NCBI GenBank assembly: GCA_964016885.1
Contig: OZ024740.1
Span: forward strand, 125,364,001 to 125,428,000
Direction: 5' to 3'
Length of the DNA stretch: 64,000 nucleotides
Source of the DNA: Eledone cirrhosa
Taxonomy: Eukaryota
The notes below the pieces were generated by a model, which saw only the letters and a list, made by a program, of their open reading frames with translations, was not told the DNA's origin and did no database searches. Of this stretch, positions 48,560 to 60,250 are shown in pieces; within the stretch, counting starts at the first letter, position 1, and every line of letters starts with the position of its first letter. Position numbers and translations under genes: made by a program.

Positions 48560-50520
48560 TTTTTGCTTCCTTGCATGATTTTAATGGGTCTTTTCCAGCA
48601 CAACTTACCCCCATTTATTGAATTCCTTCCTCATTGCCTCTGTGAAGTTCAATGTTTTGAGATCCACTCTCACCACGTCTGCCCAGATCTTTCTTGCTCT
48701 TTTTCAACAGTAGGGACCTTATGGCAAATTTTCACCAAATGACCACCATCCATAATATCACATTTCCATATAAGCACAGTCTTCTCTCTTGCACACTACA
48801 TTTGATTCACCTTATACACATTTCTTTCTCCCAGTTCATCCATGATTATAATGCACATTATCATCACACACCAACCAAAGCATGCTTGATTCGTTTTTTT
48901 TCCAGCCTTAACATATCTTCTGTATTTACTGCACATATTTCATTTCCATGCAACATCACACTTCATATGCAGGCATCATACAGTGTGTCTTTCATTTATA
49001 GAGAGAAACGTTTTGTTATCAAGAGAGTCACTAGTTCCCTGAACTTTTTCCAGCCTGTTCTTATTATATCTACTGTTTTCAAAGAAACCTCTTCCATGGC
49101 TCATTTGGTCACCTAGGTAACAGAAGGTAACATTTACTTCTATGAAGTTTTCCCTTTATTGAGGAATTTGTATTACTCTCGGTATCTTACTGTTCTATGT
49201 ACAAACACTACTCTTTCTGTTAGTCTGCCTACAATCTCACATCCTTTATAAAGTTCCAACTCATTCCTTTTCTACGTATTGAGTATGGCCATATCCCTAA
49301 TGACACCAGAGTCCTGTCTTTATTCCTACTTACTAAAACTCAAGTTTACATGTAGCCCTTTTATTTCTAAGTAATGTTTCCACATTATGAGTTCTGTATC
49401 TAGCTCTTCCATAGATTCAGCTATATGAATCAGATTCTCTGCATACAGAAGTTCCCATAGAGAGCCAATCTTAAATTTCTCTGTTATGTCCTGGAGGACT
49501 ATAATAAACACATGTGGGCTGAGGGCTGAGCTTTGAGGAACATCTACCTGCACACTGAATTCCTCATTAAACTCATTGCCTACTTTCATTTTGTTGGCCA
49601 CACTTGTGTACATGGCTTGCACTGCTCTCACAAACCACTAATCTACATCAAATCTCATAAAAGACCATCAGATTACAGATCATGGAACTTTGTCAAACGT
49701 ATTCTCTAGATCAATGAAATATAGATATAATAGCTGACACCAGGCTATGAAATACTCTTGTCATTACCTCACTAAGAAAAGGACATCTGTGGTGATCCTT
49801 CCTGCTACAAAATAAAACTGCATTTCATTTAATTTGACTCTCTACTTTATGTTACTTTCATAACTAGATCTTTTAGTCCTCTCCCATTGCTTCCTTCTAG
49901 AGCGTCACCTTTTCCTCTTGTAACAATTAATAATTACAATGTTATGACTTGGATATGACACGATCTTGTGTTACCTACGTGACTGATGATCTATGTGCTT
50001 TTTTTCATTTTTAATCTTCCTGATTGCTTCTTTGACCTTATAATTGTTAATTAAACTAGCTTGTTCCTCTGTTAAGTTTATTGAGAGTCGTCTTTCTTCT
50101 TTCCACCCATTCTCCACATCCACCAAACTCTCATAATAATGTTTCCAGGCCTCTTTCCCCTGAGCATCTGTGATGCACCAACATCATTCTGACACATTTT
50201 TACTCAATGACATTCTGATTCCTACTGACACACTATATTGCTACTTGGCTATGTGGAATACCTCACACCTCTGATTTTCACATTTCAAAACATTATCAAT
50301 CCTCCTGCTTTCAGCTTCTGTACATGTTAGGTAAACCTTTGCTAGTAGCTTCTCTTTAAATTACCTTATACTGGTTTTGCTGCTCCTATTTTTCTAGTCC
50401 TTCCATGCCTGTTTCTTAGGTTTAATGTATCTGTCTACAGTACAGTTCCACTATTAGGTCACCTTGTGTCTAGTTGGTACCTTGCTCCAGCCACATGTCT
50501 TATCAGTTGTCTTGTAGAAA
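48560..50520 (-). mobile_element. Decayed RTE LINE (~2 kb)
   Basis: ORF 49326-49631: RAVQAMY...FNEEFSVQV.VPQSSALSP...WELLYAENL. Upstream TCGWSK.P.RHKVT..WN, downstream LYDACI...LHGNE. Confidence 0.85.
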
Positions 50521-51769
50521 CATTCAATTGCTCTTCCCCATGGCTTTATAGAGTCAAGGATGTATGGATGCGATGTGTTTATTTGCAAATGAATGTATAA
50601 AACACTCAACACAGTTTATAGTAAAAGTTTTAAATGTCCAACCACCTGTTTTTAGTTTGTTTATTGTCTTCATAGCCATATTATCAGGAAAGCTGATGAA
50701 ATTATGGCAATTAGATTTATAGATATGGAATTGTAGGCTTGCAATTGTAAAAATTAGTTGCTTCAGAGTTGATGGCTAAGCAGTCAACCACTGATTTAAA
50801 CAACAGCTGTCCTTTTTCCCATTCTTAATAAATCTGTAATTAAGAAATCATAAAGTACACTCATGTATTCTGTTATTAATTTCCAATATGGTTTGAAAAG
50901 AATCATAGGCATGAATAATCTAATAGATGAGGAAACAGCAAATTATAAAATCAGCAGAGCATTATTTGATATGGTTCTCTTGCATGGATGCATCACATAT
51001 GCTATATAATGTAGACATGTGTAAGGGTAAATGGCTCTTCAAAACAATACTACTTGAAAAGTGACCAAGAAGCAATTTCTCCTTCATAAAATATCACCAT
51101 ATATTATTGGATCAAAGCCAAATAGATACCCGTTCAGCTTAATTTGTCTGGTTCAATCAAATCTGGTATACGACCATAAAATATGTTCCCTAAATGTCTT
51201 TTATGTTTGAACGCTGGCTTTTCTAACAAGTTTAAAGATATTTTCAAGTTTTCTCTATATTAGAATTAAACATCATCATCATCGTCGTTTTAATGTCCCT
51301 GCTAGCAAAGTTTGGACAGGTCTACACAGACCAACTCAGTACTGAAGCAGGGCTACTGATCTTCTGGATACGTCAGGGATCTGTGTATTGCTTATGTACG
51401 ATCTCATGTTCTACCAAGAGCACAGGAGATGTTGTCATGTTTTTAACACAACTGAGAGTCTCCCAATTCTCTTTTTGGCTAGCTTTCTATGACTGGATAC
51501 TCTTCCTATCACCAACCACATTAAAGTGGTGACTGGCATGATTGAGACTACCAAAACAATGCAATAAGGACAGAGACAGTAAAGACGTCTAAACTGCAAT
51601 GTCCTTTGGACATGATAATAGAGGATGCATTAGCTGTTAGGTAGAGGAGCCGCTTTGAAAAATATATTGTAGTCCCGATACAATACTGCAAGAACTGGTG
51701 ATGATCATATGACCTGTCCTGGGAGGCATAGGATGGAAGCACAAAGGTTACATATCCTGTGGGGATACT

Positions 51770-54120
51770 CACAAATCCCTGGCTGTCAGAATGTATTATG
51801 AACTGGATCCCATTAGGAGGGAGGATTCACCTCATGAAGCTTAGACTGAAAGGTCTCACTGGGTGGTGTATTCAAAACAGAGAGCCTGGATACAGATTCT
51901 TCCTTGTTGAAGTCAATGCAACATTGGATGAAGTTAAGTCTGAGTCATATATCCTAATGAGAAACTTCAATACACATGTTGGGACTGACAACCTAACATG
52001 GAAAGGAGTGACTGGAAGGAAGAACAATCCCAATATAAACCGTATTAGACTTCTCTTCTAATAATAGGCATCCTATTATGAAAACATTTTTCCAGCGCAA
52101 CAACATCCATAAATATATTTGGTACAAGAGAAATCAGGGACAGAGATAAATAATTTTAAATCTTGGTGGGATGTTTTCATTAAGATATGGGCTTAGCTCT
52201 CAGCTGATCACCATCTAGTTATCTGCAATCTGAGATAACCTAAAACCAAGAAAGCTCACAAAATTTACAGGTTCAATTCGAACTCCAGGATAAAGGGAGA
52301 AGCATTGGCAGATTAGGAAGTCAGGAACAGGGTTGCCAATAATATTGCATCAAAATGCAGAGGATTAGCTGAGCTTACTGAGGACATTGAAATGGAGTGG
52401 AGACTGTTCAACTCAGCTGTTAAATGCTGCAGAGAAAATTGCCTTAGTGTAGCAGACCTCTTGGTTCAACCAAGAGGACAGAGATGTCATCCGAGCAAAG
52501 AAGGAGGCTTACAAAGCTTGACTTAGAAATAAGTCTCCATTCTTGAACATGTGATACAAGCAGGCATCAAACGTCACAACAGGGATAGTAAAAGTGTCCA
52601 AAGTTGACATGGAAGGACTTTGAGGTTAAGTTAGAATCCTATTCCAGATCAGGAAATCAGCCAAATTTGTAATAAGAAGACCTCCTCCACTCCTGCTATA
52701 AGGAATGCATCTAGGGTTCTCCTCTCTTTTGAGAGGTGCATCATCATGAGATGGAGAGAATATTTTGCTGGTCTCTTAAACCTGGTAACAACAGCATCTG
52801 AAGTGCATGAGGTGCATCTGGGAATGATGACAAACTTCTCGGAGGCTGAGATCACAAGAGCAAAAAATATGACAAGGTCACTGGGAGAATGAAATTTGCT
52901 CTGAGATGTTAAAAGCCTTAATTAGAGAAGGTATTCTCTGCCAGATTCACATGTATCTGGTGATCTGGATCTCTGGAAATGCATCTAAACAATGGCAATC
53001 AGGAGTGATAGTCCCAATTTTCAAAATGGGAGACAAGAAAGTTTGCTCTAATTAGAGAGGGATCTTCTTGATAAAATCTATCTTAAGTGTCTAGCTAAGA
53101 GATGTAAGGCTGTTGTCAAGTGAAAGCTAGCTGATGAACAGTGTAGATTTCGTGCACGACACAGCACAGTTGACTGAATATTCATAGTGCCTCAAAAAGG
53201 CATTTGACTGCATTCAACAGGAGCTTTTGTTGGAGGTTCTGAAAGAATATGGAATCAATGGACAGCTTCCTGTTGCCCCAATGTTTATATGAATGCCCTT
53301 CATATTTGTGTTTGAAAAAATGGTCCTAAGTTAAAACTATTTAATGTGGGTTTGGGACTCCATCAATGGTGCATATGACAGTACCTCTCCTGCTCATAAC
53401 CTTTATGGACAGGATTGCCATGCACAGCTGGGTTGGAAGTGGTTTACAACTGGCAGGGTTAGGATCAGTCAGCTGGAATTTCTGGAAGACTTCATACTAC
53501 TGAACTCAGCAGATGATCTCCAAAATGAATTTGTTAGGTGCGCTGCCAAGTGTTGTATGCAGAAGTGAAAATCAGTGCTATGAAAACTGAGACAATCATC
53601 TTCACGATGAAGCAAATGCAGTACACTTTATTTGTGAGTGGATTTCTACTGAAGCAGGTGGAAAGGTTCAAGTATCTCAGGCCTGCTATCATGTGATAGA
53701 AGAAAGGAGGCTGAATTAAAAGCATTACTGCACTAACTTCAGCATTTGGTCATCAGAATAAGGGCAGTTGCTGTAAAAGCCAAACTTACTATCTTCAATT
53801 TGGTATTATAACTCTCATCTATGGCCATGAATCTTGGGGAATGACCAAAAAATATGACCACAAATACATGTGTCTGAAATTGGTTTCATCCAAAGGGTCT
53901 AATAACATTACTCAATAGGGTACATAGCTTGGAGATCAGGGAGTTTCCCCAGGTAGAGTCACTACTACTTCGAATTGAGAGATCACTATTTTGATATTAC
54001 AGACATGTTAGACTGTCTCAGGAAAGACTGGACGGATTTTATGAGCAAAGCCAACAAGCAGGAGAGCTAATGGAAGGCCTCAGGCAAGATGGTTGGATAA
54101 GAGCCATAAGCTTGTGTGGG
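51770..54120 (+). mobile_element. Old RTE-clade LINE of a different family (Expander/Rex3-like), heavily decayed
   Basis: APE remnants (ILMRNFNTHVGTDNLTWKGVTG, LSADHHLV), RWREYFAGLLN, PIFKMGDK..CSN.RGI, KQVERFKYL, LIYGHESW.MT, LLRIERS, GRPQARWLD. No PHD insert. Confidence 0.8.
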
Positions 54121-54645
54121 GTTGCAGCCTGATGAATTGGGTACAGCATACCACTTTCAGTAATTTTACTTTTATAGAAATATATGTATATATATTTAAA
54201 TATTTTTTTAATTTTATTTTATTTAAATTTTATTTTATTTCATTCATCATCATCATCATCATCATCAACGTTTAACGTCCGTGTTCCACGCTTGCATGGG
54301 TTTGGACGGGGGTAGTCCCACTTGAGGCAAGAGTGATTGTCTTGCTCGCATAGGACTGTCTGGCAGGTTTTCTACAGTTGGATGCCCTTCCTAACACCAA
54401 CCACATTTACAGTGTGGGTCTGGGAGGTTTTTACCGTGTTGCCTACACGGCCACATTACAGCGTGGACTGTTTTTTAGTCGTGACACCTACACGATCTCA
54501 TTTGTTTCGGCCTCTGGATGGTGTGGCACCAACATAACTTTACATAGAACGGGGTGGTGTGGATGGGGTGGGGGTGGTGGGACGGGGGGGGGGGGGGGTA
54601 TTTTGTTAGAGATGCCTACTGGCTGTAGTAGGTTTTACTATGTAT

Positions 54646-55275
54646 TTAGGTAAGGTGGGTCTTCTCTGTTACTGAGTACCGCCAAAGGTCTCGGTCCAGT
54701 GACATTGTCTTGGAGAGGTGTAAGTGTGTGAGGTCGGAGTTTATCAGCTCGTCCCAGGTTTTTCTCGGTCTGCCTATTCCGTGGCTACCGTCTATCTTTA
54801 TTGCCCTGCACTTTGTTATACAGCTATCGACTTTCATGCGCATCACGTGTCCATACCAACGTAGCCTTCTCTCGAGTAAACAACATCTGATCCCTCTTAT
54901 TTCTAATTTTTTCCTTAGTTCATTTATGCTTTGCCGTTCACGTATATTACTGTTACACATCCAGCGGAGCATGCAAGCTTCGTTCCTCTCTAGTCTGCGT
55001 ATATCCTCTGCACACAATGCCCAGGTCTCACTGCCATGCAACATTGCTGTTCGTATGCAGGCATCGTACAACCTGCCTTTCATTTTTAGGGAGAACCCTT
55101 TAGCAGCTAATAGTGGTATAAGCTCTCTGAACTTTTTCCATCCAGTTCTGACTCTAGCTACTGTACTTTCAGAGCACCCTCCCCCACTGCTGATTTTATC
55201 ACCCAGGTAACGGAAGCTGTCCACTATTTCTATAGAACCCTCTGCGCAATTGAAAGAGCTCGTATTTGTGGGCAC
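54646..55275 (-). pseudogene. RTE ORF C-terminal segment after the frameshift
   Basis: 209 aa, nearly identical to the C-terminus of 33925-34779. Confidence 0.9.
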
Positions 55276-56039
55276 TTGCTGCTACTTATTGCACCAGAGC
55301 ACCGGCCACATGTAAAATCTATGTTCTTAGTTAGCTTACCTGTGATCCCACTACATCTTTTATGCACCCATACTTTGCATTTAGGACATAAAATGGAGTT
55401 TCTACCTACGCCTTTCCTACACACCGAGCACGACCATTTCCCAGAAGGGACCGCCGCCTTATTTTCTTTCCTACAAACTAGAACTTTAGTCTTAGCCAGG
55501 TTAATTTTAAGGCCTTTTGATTCTAGACTGTGCTTCCATGTTTGGAATTTCTTCTCTAGCTCGGCCATTGATTCCGCTATGAGTGTCAGGTCGTCTGCGT
55601 ATAGGAGTTCCCATGGGCAGCCGGTCTTGAACTCCTCTGTTATAGCCTGAAGGGCAATAATAAATAGTAGGGGGCTGAGAACAGAGCCCTGATGGACGCC
55701 AACTTTTACGCTAAACTCTTCACTATATTCGTTGTTAATTCTAACCTTGCTGACTGTTTCTTTATACATGGCTTGTATAGCTCTCACAAGCCATTCGTCA
55801 ACGCCTAGTTTTCTAAGAGCCCACCAAATAATGGAGCGGGGGACTCTGTCGAAGGCTTTCTCCAAGTCGACAAAAGCTAAGTAGAGGGGTTTACCTTTAG
55901 CTAGGTACTTCTCCTGTAGTTGTCGTACAATGAAAAGAGCGTCTGTGGTACTTTTGCCTGACACAAACCCGAACTGCATTTCATCTAGGTCAATTCTCTC
56001 TCTGATTAGTTGTGCTATTACTTTTTCCGTGACCTTCAT
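55230..56039 (-). CDS. RTE reverse transcriptase core plus PHD-type finger
   Basis: 269-aa ORF with DLEKAFD, QGSVLSP and YADD followed by C4HC3. Confidence 0.92.
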   Translation of the reverse strand: MKVTEKVIAQLIRERIDLDEMQFGFVSGKSTTDALFIVRQLQEKYLAKGKPLYLAFVDLEKAFDRVPRSIIWWALRKLGVDEWLVRAIQAMYKETVSKVRINNEYSEEFSVKVGVHQGSVLSPLLFIIALQAITEEFKTGCPWELLYADDLTLIAESMAELEKKFQTWKHSLESKGLKINLAKTKVLVCRKENKAAVPSGKWSCSVCRKGVGRNSILCPKCKVWVHKRCSGITGKLTKNIDFTCGRCSGAISSSKCPQIRALSIAQRVL

Positions 56040-56213
56040 GACCTGGTCGATTAATTTAATGCCTCTATAGTTACTCCTATCTCGGTAATTTTTAAAAATT
56101 GTTTTTATCTTTATAATAACTATATCTTGTTTTTTTTTTGTTTCTCAATTGTAATAAGTACTAGATACTTCCTCTAGTCTGGATATGGCTTACCAGTTCT
56201 ATACGGATGTTTG

Positions 56214-56245
56214 AATAAAATAAATAAATAAATAAATAAATAAAT
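56214..56245. repeat. (AAAT)n microsatellite
   Basis: Seen directly. Confidence 0.9.
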
Positions 56246-56619
56246 ATACTATTTACTGCATGTCAGATATGGATTGTCTATATATGAATATGTGTATGCT
56301 TAAACAAAAGACTACATATTAAATAGAAGACTATATTCTTTATATATTTACATGAAGAAAAAATATATTGATACAATAAAGTTTCACATACATAAAGATA
56401 AAGAATGTAGAAAATGAATTACTATATGTCTAGTAAATGCAATAAAATATTTTATATAGCAATTAAAAGTTTTCAAATTTATCGTAATCAGACCAATAAA
56501 AATAATTATTTAAATTATAGCTTCTTATACTTGTATTGTAATGTAATTAAACTTATTTGAGACCAGTCTAGGAAGATCTGATTGTTTCTGATTTGGGAAA
56601 CTAAATTTAGTACAAATGA

Positions 56620-57880
56620 AGTATACTCAAGAACATTTGAGACTTTTTCTTTTCAGGCTCTTTTAATTGGCATACATGATTGTTACTTGAATACAACTTT
56701 GATATGGTTATAAGCTAACATGCCAAATCTTTTTTTCCTGGTTAAAGGTTTGGCTCTCAACATCACTTTAAACACTATCTGTCATACACAGATGACTGGT
56801 TCCACATTGAAGTCGGGTTCTAAGGACAACTTGGAGGCTTGATATGCAATAAAGTTTTGTGTCCAGCTTGGCAAAAATGCTGCAGAAGCCTATGAACTGG
56901 TCAAAAGTGCTTACAGACTAACTTTCATGAGTTAGGCGATTGTCTTTTGCTGGCACAGGAGATTCCAGGAGGGCAGGGATCAAGCAAGGGACGACAAGAG
57001 GTGTGGCAAGGAGGGGAACATCAGGATGCCAAAATTGATTGACAAAATTTGCAAATTTCTTGATGAGGAACATTGTGCATTTGCCAACCAATTTGAAGTG
57101 ACTGAAGGTAGTGTGCACAGAGTCATTCATGATGACCTGAATATGCACAAAGTTTGTGTAAATTTTGGTCCCAGGGTGCTCACTGTAAATCAAAGGCAGA
57201 GGCATGTAGATGACAGCAGGGAAATTGTTGAGTGGATTGCTTCCAACCCAATTAGAAACCTTTGATGAAAGCAAGGTTTACTCTTATGACCACGAGACAG
57301 AAAGTACAGTGGAAACATTCTGACTCCCCAAGACTCAAGAAGGTGAGGCAAAGCAAGTCCACCGGGAAGCTCATGTTAATCCCATTCTTTGACACCAAGG
57401 GCCTCATCTACATCCACTTGGACCTCTACAGCAGATGGACAATGAAGAGTACAACGTAGAGCTTTTGAAGAGGTTCTCAAAGAGATTTTGCCGCAAAGGA
57501 CCAGAACTATTCAAGTCTGGTCAGTGGCACCTGCACCAGGACAATGCCCCTGCCACATATCCACCTTGGTGAATCAACTACTTGGCCAATAAGGGGATCA
57601 AAACTGCCCCCCCCCCCTACAATCCAGACAACCCCATGTGACTTCTGGATGTTCTGGAAGCCGAAGGAGAAGCTCAGGGGCATCCCCTCTGGGGATGTAG
57701 AGGAGATGAAGGAGGCTGTGACAAGTGCTCTGGACACCTTCACTTTGGAGGCCTACAATGGGGAGGGAGGCTTCCAGAAGTGGTTTGAGCACTACAGCTA
57801 GTGTATTGAAGATGGAGGATACTACTTTGAAGGAGACTAGATGTTTGTGTTGATCTGAGTTAAATAAATGTCTCCTTGAC
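56620..57880 (+). mobile_element. Decayed mariner (Tc1/mariner) transposon
   Basis: YAIKFCVQLGKNAAEAYE, FCWHRRFQEGR, MHKVC..FGPRVLT, DESKVYSYD, QWKHSDSPRLKKVRQSKSTGKLML..FFD, WHLHQDNAPA, PCDFWMF..KEKLRG, CIEDGGYYFEGD*. TIRs are not clearly preserved. Confidence 0.92.
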
Positions 57881-58226
57881 ACAAGTGCTTTTTAACACTT
57901 TCAACAGTGGCTTTTTGAAGACTATAGCAACCCCCCTTATAGGTTAATTATCAAAAATAATAACACAGGAAAGAGTTCACTGACAATACACCATAACACA
58001 AAAGAACTTCTCCCAGTATAACCACAGTGATTCTAGAAGAAAATGTGGTAAGAGACCATATGTGATAGTGTTGGCAATTGATTGGAGACAACATAGCATT
58101 TGAGGGGATTCTTCACTCTGGATGAGTATGTGAACAGGATTAGACCTTGGGGGACCAAGAGCTGGTCCCGTTTAGTGGGTCCTTCATATAACAACACACA
58201 CACACACACATATATATATGTATATA

Positions 58227-58660
58227 TATCATCATTGTCATTTTAATGTCCACTTTCCCTGTTAGCAAGGGTGGACATATATATATACATAAACAGGAAG
58301 AGAGAGTAGGGGTCCTGTTTAGTGTGGGGGGAAAGCTCTGTTTGATGAGGGGACCCAGGGCATTTGTCCCACTAGCAACCGATAAATTCAGCTCTGCATG
58401 TGACAACTTCTTTAGGGCTGGTACCACAAAAGACGTATCCAGTAACTGTCAAGAATGCCCTGAAAAAGATAACCAATAGACACTGTGGAGTAGTTGGTGT
58501 AAGGCAGGGCATCCAACCATAGAAACCATGCTAAATGTGGAACATATGAGCATGAGTGTGTCACTTTGCTTTGACCCATCTAGTCTTGGATTGCACCAAT
58601 TCATTGGACCCAAGTAAGCATGGAAACAGTCATTAAACAATGTAATGATAAGGATGAATA
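58227..58660. mobile_element. Two old RTE-type 3' end stubs in opposite orientations
   Basis: ttttaatgtccactttccctgttagcaaggg (minus, ~58240) and gttggtgtaaggcagggcatccaaccatagaaacc...gcatggaaa (plus, ~58480-58660). Confidence 0.6.
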
Positions 58661-59619
58661 CAAGAGCATTACATTCTAGGCTCATATATTAACTGTGTAC
58701 TGTTTTTGGTTATGTTATTTAGTTCAATCAATCAGACAGTGCTATAATTATTAAAGTTTGTATAAGGTAATTCTCAGATACCTGGAACATTCTTTTAAGT
58801 AGCCTTTCTCAGCTATCCTGAGCTAATCTACTGAATATATATACATATATATATATACATATTAATTTTTAAATATATCCCATTCAATCTATGCTTTCTA
58901 TTCCAATACACCTTGGTTGGCCTGTGTGTGGCACGTTCTGGAAATATGTGCATCGTCATTTAATGACTGTTTTTTTTTCCATACTGCCTTGTCACAAATC
59001 ACGTCAGATTTTGATCCATGCTCCTGTCCTCTTGAATGAGCTGGGACTGTCTTGTTAATACTCCTGTCAGTTATGGCACGGTTTTACATCAGGATGCCTT
59101 TCATATCACCAACCACTTTACAGAGTGTATGTTGTATATATATTTTGTTATTTGGCTGTTTTTTCTCAGGATTTGAATACATTTGTGCTGATACAGAAAA
59201 ATATTGTTTTGCTTGAATTTAATACCCCATCAAGTTCTCTGAAAAAACCTAAGTGCAGAACCCCTCAAATCCAGAAAACTATTATCAGAAAAATAATAAC
59301 AACAAACAAAAAAATCAACAAACTAAAACACAAGCTGTATTCCAAGGTTATTTAGCTGACTCATATCACTTCTTTTTAAACTTACTATCATTTGATCATA
59401 GGTCTACTCAATTCAGGTTGACATGTGACATTACAATAATGCAATCACAGCAAAAATCTTAGTATATTATAATTGACTATTTATCTCTCTGATTGATTGA
59501 CAAAATCCCAGAACTTATTCGATTGCCGAGTGGGATGGACTGTGTCAAATTTGACCAAGGAAACAATATTTCCTTTTGTCTTTCCAATGCTGATACTATC
59601 TACTAGTCTCACCTCCTGG

Positions 59620-59735
59620 CAGAAGGAGCAATGTGAAATAAAGTGTCTTGCTCAAGGACACATCACCTGGTCCAGAAATCAAACTCATAACTTCATGATT
59701 GCGAATCCAACTCTTTAACCACTAAGCTATGCACC
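59620..59735 (-). mobile_element. Old SINE (family B)
   Basis: aagtgtcttgctcaaggacac...aatcaaactc...tttaaccactaagctatgc. Confidence 0.6.
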
Positions 59736-60099
59736 TTCTTTATTTATGGTGAGTGTAATTTGTATAGATTAATTAATTAGAATCACTAGATATGTAATTA
59801 AATTTCCCTTCTTAAAAAATGATTCAGTTTCATGCTTTTTTGTAAAGCTAATGTTTAAACACATATGTGCATGTTTTGTTAGAGAATCTTTGACAACTAA
59901 GAATATTATATCAGGAATGTGACATAAATATTATTAAGAAGATGCTATATTCTCCTATACATTATTTTACTTCCAGCTAAATTTGTTTTATAATGTTAGA
60001 TACTTCAATTCTACAGAATTCACAAACAAAATTTATATTTAGAATTCATTCCCCATATAACATATGATTAACAAAATTTCACGCTACTGATGATGGATG

Positions 60100-60250
60100 T
60101 AGACATGGCTGAGTGGTTAAGAAGTTTGTCTTGAAATTATGAGACCCTGAGTTTGATTTCACTATGTTGTATCTTACGCAAATGTCTATAGTCTAGCCTT
60201 GAACCAACCTATGCTCTGAGAGTGAAAATGTATCAATAAAAGTTGTGTGG
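60100..60250 (+). mobile_element. Old SINE (family B)
   Basis: catggctgagtggttaagaagttt (A-box-like) ... gagtttgatttc (B-box-like). Confidence 0.65.

Larger units (their letters stand above)
54243..56083 (-). mobile_element. Young 5'-truncated RTE-clade LINE
   Basis: NYRGIKL, EMQFGF, FVDLEKAFDRVPR, GVHQGSVLSPLLF, LLYADDL. One frameshift near 55270. 3' UTR and (GAT)n tail. Confidence 0.96.

Noticed and set aside
59125-59462. ORFs after an acceptor-like ttttctcag
   Set aside because: Low-complexity K/N/Q content, no recognisable domain and no supporting neighbouring exons
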